A DNA stretch of 58,103 bases, counting the filler, from Dirinaria sp. TL-2023a (taxonomy: Eukaryota): assembly GCA_051941275.1 (NCBI GenBank). It is 4 parts of 4 records of this genome, joined end to end, with 100 filler letters (N's around TTAATTAATTAA, not from the genome) between each part and the next. Parts side by side here need not be neighbours in the genome. Positions count along the whole stretch, not along the records: positions 29,146 to 43,575 come from JAVEBF010000606.1; positions 43,676 to 58,103 come from JAVEBF010000607.1; 2 more parts are not named here. The stretch is one strand, 5' to 3'. A program made the translations under genes and the position numbers. The notes below the pieces were generated by a model. That model made no database searches, had not been told where the DNA came from, and saw only the letters and a list, made by a program, of their open reading frames with translations. Shown in pieces: positions 38,140 through 50,200 of this stretch. The first letter of the stretch is position 1. The number at the start of each line of letters is the position of its first letter.

Positions 38140-39164
38140 CTAACGCCCCACCTTGCTCAGTCCCAGCAAACTCCTTGCCGCGAACCCTCGAACCGCACTG
38201 CTCGTCACGCCATCTCCAATCTTCCCGTCCCGCTCTCGGCTATTTGGCGGACTGCTCATCTGCTGGTCTCCATCATCAATTGCGCGTTTCTTCTTCGGTG
38301 CTGGCGTCCTGAAGCAGCCATCGGTATCCGTCGCACTCTGATGCGGGGTGGTAGTGCGCGATGGGGGCGGCGATGAGGGTAGGTGCTTTTCCGCGACGAT
38401 ACGCGCGGAGAAAGCCGTCGGCTGCAATACTGGGGCGGGTAGGAGCTTTGGAATTCCTTCCGTTCGAGTTGGCGGAGAGGGGGATGCGCTAGGAGAATTT
38501 GAGCGCGGGGGTGAATCGGGGGTGATACGGAGTTGGGATATGGGGAGGTGGGTCTGGCCCGTGCGGATTTTGAACATCGCGACACGCAGGCGGAGGCGCA
38601 GATTCTCAGCTCTCTATGTGGCTGTTAGTCATGATGTTGAGGCATTGGGGTTGTGGAAATATGGGCAACAGGAGAAAGATACCGTGGTTGTTGATGGCGG
38701 GGTGGGCTGAGAGACTTCCGTCGCAGCTGTCTGTTGCGAAGTCATGGTATCGTCCATTGGATCAGCAGTCGACAAAAAAGAATTGCGACTGCCTTGCGAG
38801 CTTCCCTCCTCCGCCTCTTGCATCTCTATGTCGACAGCTTGCTGGTCAGGCAGAACGGGGGTCATCTTCGGTGAGGGTTGCTGTGAACATGTCACCTTCA
38901 CGAGTTCACAACTGTCCACAGGCAGCGACTGACCTCGCTCGCCATCAATGCAGCATGTCGCTCCGTATTCTGCCCCATGGCAGTATCTTTGGCCATACAA
39001 TGACGAGTGGCAGTGGGAGGAGCTTGGGGGCAATCGAGATCATGAATGTGCCTCTTCAGAGTCTTATTTGTTTTGGTTGCCGGGCTCAGTAGCGCCTGGG
39101 GCAACCCGTGAGTGTTGACTGATAATTCATTGAGAACTTGTCGCGCCGGACTGCCCTGATTCAT
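38140..39164 (-). CDS. Whi5/Nrm1-family G1/S transcriptional repressor (Nrm1-like)
   Basis: N-terminal D-box-like RQVLNELSVN, Whi5 motif LRLRLRVAMFKIRTGQ, PKLLPAPVLQPT, many S/T-P CDK sites, and C-terminal GTB-like TSSAVRGFAARSLLGL. Two introns. Confidence 0.8.
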
Positions 39165-39363
39165 CTTATCCTTTGAAGGTTCGGATGAAAGTGAATTTGG
39201 AGCTGGTGGGGGTGAGCTGCGCACGATTGAAGAAACCAAACTTTGCTGTTACGAAAGATTTGCTAGAAGGAACGATGAATGTACAAGAATATATGTGTAT
39301 CGAAGGGATCCAAGATCTAAGAAATACAGATAATTTACTGGAAATGAGTTACGGTTGAAATGC

Positions 39364-39411
39364 TTCGCGTCGTGAAATATCAATAAACATCCTGCTTGCA
39401 TTGATCCGCGT
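39364..39411 (-). promoter_or_regulatory. Two MCB-like (ACGCG) cores upstream of the Nrm1-like gene
   Basis: cgcgt at 39366-39370 (ACGCGAA on minus) and at 39407-39411, about 200-250 bp upstream of the ATG. Confidence 0.4.
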
Positions 39412-41128
39412 CTTGACCAGGGATCATGAATCAACAGCCCGAGGACGGACCGAGCCATTGCTACTTGGCACTCTCGGCACTACTCTCGGCACCCTCGGCG
39501 TTAGAAAGCCATCTTCCGCCTAAGGTAGATCCTTTTAAGACTTGTTCTTCAGTACACGATTACTCCTGCATAAATTGTAGTACATTAACAAATCTGTCCT
39601 CCTGTCTACGCAGAGACGATCACATTAGTAGCTAATACCACAGGTCTACGATGGTTTGCGTGTACATGAAACCCACGTCTATGGAAATGATAGCTTGGCC
39701 GTGTTGGGGCTTTCTTCAGGTCCCCTCACGAGCTTCTCACCTCAGGGAGTCGAGGGCTCGAAGAATGCCATCAGATTCTGATGCAATTACATCTGAACCT
39801 TTGAATCCATGCGCAGATGATCGATTGTTTGAGTCAGGATTCCGAGCTCCAGTGCAAGACACCGAAAAGATATTCGCAAGGCTGCGTACCATGGAGGGGT
39901 GACCGTCATGCACAAACATGTGGTCGACTTCAACGTACAGGAATCTATTGATAGGTCCTTGCAAAAGTCGTAGCCGGACCAAAGATCGGTTAGAGTTGAA
40001 GCGCGGACGCTGCAGAATCAGCGCAGGTCACCTGTTTCTCCCAAACCACGTGTTCCACATCGCGATCCCTTTTGAAAGACTCGCATAAGACATGGGTAAG
40101 AAAGAAATAGATATGCGAGCTAATCTAGACGTCGGAGTAAACCGACCTATCAGCGCATCAAGGAAGCCGGCTTTCTCAGTAATGCCTGCCGATCCCCCAA
40201 CTTTGTGCCCTTACTCGCCTCAGCTGTTTACGGCGGAGCAACAATGTTGCAGGAACTTGTCCACCAAATATCACACTGCCCTGTCCGTGAATACCTGTCG
40301 ATATCATTGAAGATGTTCGCTATTGGCCTCGTCGTCACATGTCGCTAGAAGAATTTTTTTAGCTGGTTCTTAGATTGTTTCATCTTGACGAAATGCATGT
40401 ACGAGTACTGCATCCCCAACTGCCGGAACGCACATTCTGGTTATCATTCCATTCGAAGGAACGCCGCAACTCAGAGGCACGACACAAGAGCAGTCATGAG
40501 GTGCAAACAAGAAACAATCCAAGCACTTCGTGGAGATCAACTAATGTACATGAAATTTCATCCAAATCATATCATGCGAAACAAGCGCCTCAACTCTACA
40601 CATTGTCGAAGACATTGAACATCAGAACAATTGTGGCTGCACTTAGGCTCGACATACGGAATAAGACAAGCGTCATGGATTGATAGAAATCTCGACGTTG
40701 CTGTGCCTGAATTAGACATTCATGGTGCAGCGAATGCATGCGGTCGTGTCTTCTTCATATCGACTCGGCTCAGCCGCAGATAACAGTATACGGCAAAACA
40801 CTGCATGATGCTGCAGTAGGGGCCAGCCCTTGAAACCATTGATGCTTGCGCTAGAATATGATCTATCGTACTAAGGCTGTCACAGACCACGACCTACTCT
40901 GTGATGGTATAATAAGAGCGTCCGGTCCTTATTCCTAACATCAAAGCTCTCAGATCAAGCGACTTACTGGGAAAGCGACTGGGCTGATCCAAGCTAGACC
41001 TTCAGCTGCCAGCAATCTCGCGAGAAATATATTTCCCAAGACGCTAGAAGACGCTAAACGTCATCTTTCCCTCCAGAGCTTGCTCATCTATAGCTCTTCC
41101 TGAATCTCCTCGCTAGCAGTCTACAAAT

Positions 41129-43575
41129 ATGTCTAACAGCAATAGCGTGGAGCAGAAGGGTGCAATACGCTGGGATGAAAAGAGTAGAAGGTTGGTAATA
41201 TTGTATTCGCTGCTTACGAAAATTTGGCTAACGACATGGAGTGAAAGCTCTACATCGAGCAACGCCAATGTTTGTACTACTCAAAGCCCATCACGGAGGG
41301 ACGAGACGCTCGTCACAAAACCGGTGATTTGGACCCGTATCAAAGCATTGTGGAATATTCTATTTCGCGCGTTCGGGCTCTCACTGATTTCGCATGCGTT
41401 TGGCTCTCTTCGACATCCGGTCGGTAGAGGACTTCATGAACCAACGAAGATTGCTATGAACCAGAATCGATTTGTGGCTTTGCTACGTGCACTCATTCAT
41501 ATTGTCCCAGTAAGCGTGGCTCTATGTGTGGTTATTCTCAATTGGAATACCTACTACGTCGGTACTACAGCATATACCCAAGCTACATACCAACTGCTAG
41601 CCAAGATCCATGAGCTCTTGATGCAAGCATCGATAGCTGCCGTTGTTTTCTGCTGTATTCGGACCGAGATGGCTCTTGGCTCAGGCATTCCGTTTGGACT
41701 ACTGTTCTCTGGATTGCAAATTACTCAAATAAGTTATCTGTGGTCGATGGAATTCTGGGCATCTTTGACGAGTGGACTTCAACGCACTTACCGAAGATAT
41801 CTCCTCCTCCTGCTCATACCGTTAAGCATTCTTTTAGCAACCGTTTGCGGACCATCTAGCGCAGTGTTACTGGTTCCGAGACTTCAATACTGGCCAGGTG
41901 GAAGCACGGATATCTGGATCAATGCAACTGCAAGCGATCTGTGGCCTAATCAGTGCGACTCAGCCCAGCTTCCTCGAAATGCGTTTAGCTGACCCCAGTA
42001 TAGGACCGATAGCCGTTCAATTCCAGAGTCATGTTCAGTCGCAACCACAGAGGAGATAACAGGTGTTTGTCCTTCCGCGCAATGGCCAAAGATCCGCGAT
42101 TACTTGTACTTGGAGAGATATATGTTACCCTCTGCATACAAAGCCCAGTTCTATGTGTCTCAAGCACCGAATAAGATCGAGCTAGCCGACAGAAGCTCGG
42201 TCCGCTACTTGACCATCACTGAAGATGAATCGTATTTGGGGCTAGGACCTCGGCCGGTTACAGCTATGACGCAGCATGCCGTTGTCGCAGACGCCCTAAC
42301 GAATACCGGGGCTCTATGGTTTCTGTCTCTGACTAATGTAACAGCGAGGAAAGGTCACGGACATCCCTTGTCAGACCAATCAGATGCGTTGCACACTATA
42401 TCCGACAGTTATCTGCAGCCGTACAGTACTGTAGTCTGCATACCAGACTCGATATCGAATGTCAATAGCTCACGGCCGCTTGCGTTGCCGAGGCTCCCGA
42501 ACGCCAATCCTGCTTCTCTTACCAATGGGAACTTCAGCTACGATGGCTGCGAACCCGGAACTGAGGAAATCGCTGAGACGATTGCACATCCGACAATTAC
42601 GCGAGAGCAAATATACAACATACCACACTCAACCAGGGACTACAGACTGGAATGGCTCGAGCTGGATTCTGAACATTTTCAAGGGAGCAGTATCGGAGCT
42701 GTGGTTTTCTTGCCTCGGGCCCAAAAAAATGCGACACAGGATGTGATACTTTGCAATTTGTCTGCCGGATGGGGTACATCGACGCTCTCTATGAGTACAG
42801 TGGGCGGTGGTGACACCGCAGTATCCAGCAAAGTCACCCATAAGGATAATCACAGTACTCGAGCGCAGCCAATGAAGCTGACGAATATCCCGGCGTACGA
42901 GACCACTGAAGCTGCGAATACCGGAGATTACTTTGATTATCATCTCCCAAATTACCCTCGACAGCTAATCAATATTACAAGAGAATGGGCCAAGTATCTA
43001 AATCCCACCATAGCAGGTCTGAACACTTCAGTGATGAATACCCTACTGCAACAGCAATTATTCTCCTGCACTCCTCGCGTTACGGTCGAGCAAGCCCTGG
43101 TCAGCTTAGTTGTCAACGGGCTTGCCAAGACCGGTGCTGGAAGTCAATTACAAGGCAAAGTTCGAACGGTGGGCCCCGAAGGCGATCAAGGACTTGACGG
43201 AAACTATTGGTTGTCTGGCAAAGGCAACGTCTTTCAAGTTGATCATCCAAACGAAGACTGGCTCAAGTTTCACGTGACGTCAACATTAGAAGGTTACGGC
43301 TACAATGCCTTCGAGGTGTCTCAAAGGCTTGCAATAGCGTTCTTGATCATTTATTGCATTTTGGCGCTCGGCCACATGGTATACGCGATTGGTACCGGTA
43401 AGCCGCTTATCATTCCCACTCGTGACCCCGGTGCCAGAGGCGATTCTAACCATATTCTAGGGATCAGCTCGAACTGCTGGGATTCCATAGCAGAGGTGAC
43501 TGCGCTGGCCATGAACTCCAGCCCCACTGCAGCGCTACGGAATACGTGTGCCGGTATTACAGAGCTACATATCTT
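41129..43575 (+). CDS. Uncharacterised fungal membrane glycoprotein (N-terminal TM bundle, large extracellular loop, C-terminal TM), 3'-truncated
   Basis: QLLAKIHELLMQAS, GIPFGLL, SYLWSMEFW, GPSSAVLLVPRL and C-terminal AFLIIYCILALGH...WDSIAEVTALAMNS.P...LRNTCAGI. A GT-AG intron near 41953-42003 joins the two ORFs in frame. Confidence 0.8.
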
Positions 43576-43675
43576 NNNNNNNNNNNNNNNNNNNNNNNNN
43601 NNNNNNNNNNNNNNNNNNNTTAATTAATTAANNNNNNNNNNNNNNNNNNNNNNNNNNNNNNNNNNNNNNNNNNNN
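43576..43675. other. Artificial contig-joining spacer
   Basis: 44 N + TTAATTAATTAA + 44 N. Confidence 0.99.
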
Positions 43676-43717
43676 GAAGGGAGGGGAGCTGCCTCCCAGG
43701 GAGGATATATGTACCAT
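43676..43717 (-). CDS. Possible first exon (ATG only) and intron start of a gene cut by the contig end
   Basis: On the minus strand a pyrimidine-rich leader is followed by atcATG and immediately GTACAT (donor-like). Product unknown. Confidence 0.25.
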
Positions 43718-44242
43718 GATTGCGATCACAATGTAGATGCCGGGGCGAAGGAAAAAAGTCTGAGGTTGAGGTAGCTTGCGCTGAAGGGGGGGAATGGAGT
43801 TGGTGTTCTTACTGGGTTCTTCTGCAGAGCTCAATCGCTTCCAAGCATGAGGCTAAAGGCTTGGCACTTGGTCGTGGCGCGCTAAACATTTAATGTCACG
43901 ACAGTATCCCGTTACCTACTTCACCTCACGGTATACTGGTATAAGGTAATTAAAGTGAGGTAGAGCTACCTTGGACTTTTAAAGATGGATCTTCCCATAA
44001 TCTATCATGTGTCCTTCCATCAAATCACTTGCATATGGTCACGCTTGATATGGATGAGCTTCGACATTGCAGCCTGGAATTGTTGCTATTTAAGGTAGTC
44101 TGTGGATAATGCAGATAAAACCCTCCGGCTGCATCGATCGTACACCTCCTGGGCTCCGATCATGCTTGCTAGAGATGCTTTTCTAATAAAACTTTTCGAA
44201 TGCCTGCTTTTCTAAAGAGGCTTCTTCGCCTTGGAAGTTACG

Positions 44243-47200
44243 TCATGTGCATGACGAGAACTGTAAGATAGAGTCAGCCAACACATCAAGTGACAAGATC
44301 ATATTCTAGTCGACTTACATCGTTTGGGTTGTTATCGATGATATATGTGGCTGGTCCGATCGATGGCGCCTGCGACGATGTCTCGGACGGAGGTGGAGCG
44401 GAGCTTGTAGTTGGCGTCTTTGGCGGCGATGATGATGATGTCGTGGACGGAGTGGGAGCCGGGCTTCCATTGGGCTTCGGCGGCTTTGGAGTTGCAACGA
44501 AGCTTGTAGTTGTCGACGACGTCAGGCGCGATATTAAGGCTGATGGTATGGGTGCTGGAACTAGGGGTCTCTTTCGTAGTTTAGGTAGAGGTTTGTCGGT
44601 TTCACCCTGACGCGCCAGCAATGGACGTCCATTCAAGACTGTCTCATTCTTGCCGTCGATTGAGGATCCGAACTCTTCGTTGAGCCTCACGTGTCTCGCT
44701 GCCTTGGCCATTGGGACGTTGCATCTGATCTCACGAACCCCATTGTACGCTCCCCAAAACGCATCATGTCCGGGGTCCCGGCGCTTTAAATTGTTCAGCT
44801 GGTTTTTACGGCCCATCGCTACGTTCCCTGGCGCGGGTTGCGATTGGGCAAAGGCTGGAGACGTAGAGAAATAGGCGGCGAGGGCAGCAACTTGCGGTGC
44901 TGTAAGTGATGTGCCACCGTCGAAAACGTATCGATTGACAATTGAAGGATCTGATGTTGGCACATAAAGATTTTCACCAATGGCAGAGATATCTATGAAT
45001 CCCTTTAAAAAAGGATCTCTGCCGTCCGGTGCACTACCAGCGAGGGATTGAAAACTCGAATATGTTCCACTTGTCGTAAAAGAGCCTACTGTGATCAGTG
45101 CATTGTCAGGCCGACCGAAACGTTGAGGCGTGAGGGCGCCCAATGCCCCGCGCGTGTTGCCAGCACAGATGACCGTTACGATATCGTTGTCCCAGGCGGA
45201 TGCAAGGATCGGTAGGAAGAAATCAGACCTTGAAGGAGGATTTATGTTATACCTGGCGTAGTTGACATGACCGTTGTTGTCAATCTGCGATGGATAATCA
45301 GAACCTGTCGAACATTATCAGTAAGCGCTATAGTTAGTCTGACCCTTCGAGGTAAAGGGGACTGCAGATCACTCGTGTAAGCAACTTCGATTTGCAACGC
45401 TTGCTTGACCATCGGAATAGCTAAGAGATGCCTTGCCATACAAGTGTCATATAATTTACCGATGGAAGAACGAGCGGATGAGCTACAAAGCGGCAGGAGT
45501 TTGGCAACACCACTTCCGTACCCTAACAGATACAAGTAACAGAAGTGAACCTGGAAGTACTCACCTCCACTATAATTAATGACAGCTTTACCCTTGCGGC
45601 CCTTGTTGATAATGTCCTGTATCGCCCATCTCCAGGCCTCCAATATTAGGCCTGTACTCGCACCTGGTATGTCCGGGGATTTGAATTTTACCACAACCAG
45701 GCCTGCTTTCGGTGCTACGCCGTTGACTGAGCCACCTACTACCGATGCGACCTGTGATCCATGGTCTAGGGCGTCATCCCACTGCCCTTCATTATTGGCA
45801 TTTGGATGGTCTGGATCTTTCACGATGTGTCCCTCAATAGGTGATGGAAACGGGCGAGTAGAGAACTCCGGGTGCGCGATAGCTAAACCGCTATCTAACA
45901 CATACACATATGAACCTTCGCCCATCTTTTCCTCGGACATATAGGGCTGTGAGTTGAGGTATTGGGAATCGCCGTAATCTCGGTCCCTCCGTAGCGAAAG
46001 CGCTTTTTGGTGCAATCTCGCCTGCTCGGGGTTGTTCCGCAAGACGTTGAAATCGTCTCGGCGGTCAAGTCGATGGTCCTTGGGTGTCTGAGAATGGTCC
46101 CGGTCCAGTACATGGTGGGTAGGGTCGGAGATATTGTGTATCTCTCCATCCCGAGCACGAAAATCCTGTGCTATGTTGACTTGATTTAGAACAATTTGGT
46201 CAACGATTGGATGTTTCGAAGCCTCTTGCGCTTCGGCGAGAGTCATTTTACCATAGTAGACTTGGTCTCCTATTCCGGGAAAGACTGATCGTGGACCTGC
46301 CCCTTTATCGGGCAATGAATTTACAAATTTATCGAACGCCTCCACCGTTGTACCACGAACGGTGTTAAGGATCCAAGTCTCGCGATCTCCAGTACTACTG
46401 GAGGAAGCTGCACTTGAAGATGATGTGGCAGTTGAAGGTTTAGGACTATGCCAGTTGGTGATCAGTGCAACCTCTGCTGGCACTGCTAGTAGTGCTAGCT
46501 GAGCGGCGAGTTTGCGATACTGCGAGATGCCTTGCGCAGGCCTAGATATCCAAGTACCAAAGCCTTCCGCTAAGTCGCGAAGTAGGTTCAGAGTATTGCC
46601 AAGTTTTGATTTGATTTGGGAAACGTCTTGAAGATCCTGTCCGCTGAAAGACTGCAGCTCGATGTTCTCCGCAGCGGTATCTAACGTCCCAACATCTTTA
46701 AAAGCATCAGCGAGAGCACCAGCAATATGGGAGACATCTTCAGAGCTAGGAGATGCATTATCAGCCAATTTTGTAGCTGAATCCCCCGCGTCCTGGATGG
46801 AGCCTAGGGCGGCGAAAGCAAGAGGTTTCAAGGCGTCGATTGCACCGGATCCCGCAGTTGGGAAGGATGCTGGCGGTTTGGCGGCACCTGTTATGGTTGT
46901 GAAGTGGGAAATCGTGAGACCCACATTGGGCCCACCTGTGGTAGTCGAGGAGGCAGATGAGGTTTTCGGTAAATGTGGGATGAAACTAGACGAGGTTTTC
47001 GACAAATGTGGGATGAATGTAGACGAGGTGGTCGGTAAATGCGGTGGATTCTTGCTTTGCTGAAGGCTTAAGGCCTCTGTGCTGGAACCAACAACCACCT
47101 GTGAAGCGCCAGGTGCCAGGGATATTGGTGTACCGGAAACTATGATGTGACCGCCCGGGCTGAGCGTCTGCCCGCCGATCACGAATGCGGAAGCAGAATT

Positions 47201-50200
47201 AGGCGTGTATGTTGAGCCTCCAATGGTCAGATAGCCTGGTGCAGCACCTGCAGGAGTGGGCTTCACAGCTTGTGTGACGGAGCCAACAACCACCTGTGAA
47301 GCGCCAGGTGCCAGGGATATCGGCAACCCGGAAACCGTGATATGACCGCCTGGGGTGAGCGTCTTGCCCCCAATAACAAACGCAGAGGCAGAATTGGCTG
47401 TATAAGTAGAGCCTGCAACCGTAATAACTGGACTAGCTGCTGCTGTGGCATGTCCCACAGCTTCAGTGCTGCCGTCGACGACTACGACAGAAGCGCTTGG
47501 ACCTAACGAAATCGTAGTGCCTGCGATTGTTAATTGGCCGCCAGGGGTTAGAGTCTGCCCGCTAATGACGAAGGCAGAAGCTGAATTGGCTGTATAGGTG
47601 GACCCGGCGATCGTCATTACTGGGACTTGGCCTGGACCTTGGTCCGGGCCAGGACCGGGTCCAGCAGGAGCAGCGCTGCCGCCAGTTACGCAATCGGCAG
47701 AAACTGGATGGAGAGTGGCTGGATTGTTCGGGTTGTCCAGAGGAGCTCCCGTACCGGGAGGCGCAGGCACGATGTGTTTACAGCTGTTCTTCCAGACAGT
47801 GATAGCTCCATCCTCCGGATCGATTTCCACGATATCCGCGCGGCCATGAGCAATGTGTACTCGGGCAAACAAGGTGTTAGCAGCAGAGACGCCATTACCG
47901 GGGACGATATTTCGAGGATAAGGTACTTGACGCACCCATCTGCTAAAGCGTTAACATAAGGAAACCAAGACAGTCTGGAACGCCAAGCTGAAAAAGCCCC
48001 AGATATGAAGTAAAATACGAACCCTACTCGAGTGGAAGGGTCCTTATTGAGCCACACAACTGCCGATCCGTCCTGAGGATGGATCCATATGACGTCTGCC
48101 TTGCCATCTCCATCGATGTCACTATGAAGTCCTTGTCAGATTTTGCTGTCTCCCGCTTCGGAGTTAAGGCTCAGGTACTCACGCAAAACGTAGGTCGTTG
48201 GGATTTCCAGCGTCCAAGTCGATGGGTACTTCGGTGAGCGCAGTCCATTTCCAGATCCTAGCGCAAGATTATAATCAGTCAGAGATTGGATGGGCAGAAA
48301 ATCGGGCTATGTACAGACGACGTGAGATAGTGCGGTTAGTAGCCGCGAGCCGCTCTCCGGCTTCTTAGGGAGATGCCGATGCCTCTGCAACATGCAAAAG
48401 GTAATGTATATCGACTTACTTTCGATCACCCTGGAAGTCATTCCGCCAGATAGACATTCTCGAAACCTCATCAAGCCAGATGAGGTCTGCACAGCCATTG
48501 CCGGTCAAATCTGCAAATCTCACACCGGCCGGAGGGCCTCTACTTGGCGATATTGGGCCGACAGGCGTCCACACCCATCCTCGAGGCTTGGCCTTTGCAT
48601 CGGCGCCTTCGTTGATCCATGCTTTCACCGATCCATCCGGATTAACCACAAGCATGTCCGCCTTTCCGTCGCCGTCGATGTCTTGTAAGATGACACTCTC
48701 ACGCTTAGCACCCACACCCAAAGCTATAGGCTTACCGTTGTTAGCGACCAAGAACAGCCATCCGTACTGTAGCTTTGGGTGAGGCCCTTTGTTGATATAA
48801 AGGGTGATTTGACCTTCTTTGGTAATCATGATCTTGTCGTCGAGCCCATCTATTGGAGCCATTGAATTAGTCATGCTCAGTAAAAATAATATCACGATCA
48901 CGACGGTTTCCCGGCTTTGTACTTCCAAAAAATCGAGACAACCAATTTTTCGCTAGCTGAAAAGGGGTTAAACTCACCTCCATCCAGGTCAGCCATACGC
49001 GTTGAATCTCCCGCTCTACTGGTATCAGCGCGGCCATCATTCTGAAAGACTCTTGCCGCTCCATTGTCGTCGTTAACCACGACATAGTCTGCTTTACCGT
49101 CTCCATTCAAGTCGCCTATACGAATGTCCTGCCAATGAACGCCTATATCTTTCTTAATGTGGGCTTGATGGACCCAGATTGGGAAACCCTCCTTGAGCCC
49201 GCGTACATTGAGGAAGCCGGTAATACCACCCTCAGGTCTCCAGATCAGGACATCATCTCGTCCGTCCCCATTAATGTCCGCGAGTGTAATGTTACTTGTC
49301 CCCGTTCCTGATGCGATTTGACCGACTTCGTGTAGAAAGATTTCTTCTGTATGGAGTTTCCCAAGGTTCAACCAGCAATGCAAGGAGCCTTTAGGTCCTC
49401 GAACAAGTAGATCATCGCGGCCATCTCCATTGATGTCGCCAAACAAGATGCTGTTGCGGTTACCACCAGGAACGCCGTCGGAAATCCGGTGAGGGCCATT
49501 CCACTTCCAGCCACCATGTTCCAAGTATTTATTGAACCAAACATCAATCCGGCCTGTCTTGTCATCAATGCACACATAGTCGGCCGTTCCCGAGCCAGTT
49601 AGATCGGGGAGCCTTAAGCGGGCTGGGGGGCATAGTCCGCTAGCTACTGGCTTCCCATTGTTGGCCGGCTGCCAATTATAGTGTGTTTGGTCTCCTTCGC
49701 TAAGGTGAACAATCAGTCCTCCGGAATGGGGATCAATCCAGACATAGTCATCTCGACCTTATAATGCGAACTCATTAGAATGACAGCCGCTCCATTTCAA
49801 GGGACACCAAGCGATGCAACAAGATGTAAAAGGCACTCACCATCGCCATCTAGGTCTCGGAATTGAACTGATCGAGCGTCTAAACCCTTCTTACCAATAC
49901 CATGAAAGACTATACCGCGTTCAGTCCAGCTCGGAAAGAATTTGGCTGGGCCATTTATGCCAACGCCGTGGGTCAATCTTCCAGTCTCATCCCAGATGGG
50001 TAGACTAAGACAGTAATGGCCAGGAAAGGGTCCATTTCGGGTCTGTAAATCTGATCCCCGCGCTGCACCGCATATTGGATCGGGTCCAATGGGAGGTTTG
50101 ATCCACCCCTCTGCGGCGGCTTCCTTGATGCCCGTATACCCTGATGACGGCATTAGCATCTCCTTCAAGGCACGTCGACCGTGTGCTGAAGTTTGATGCA

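Noticed and set aside
38629..39239. Apparent frameshifts in the Whi5/Nrm1-like gene
   Set aside because: Resolved by two GT-AG introns (gtcagt...cacag and gtatct...gactaac...catag).
39600..40900. Short ORFs upstream of the unknown membrane protein (and similar ones at 25000-26590 and 30116-30548)
   Set aside because: No recognisable motifs, consistent frame or splice pattern; treated as intergenic.
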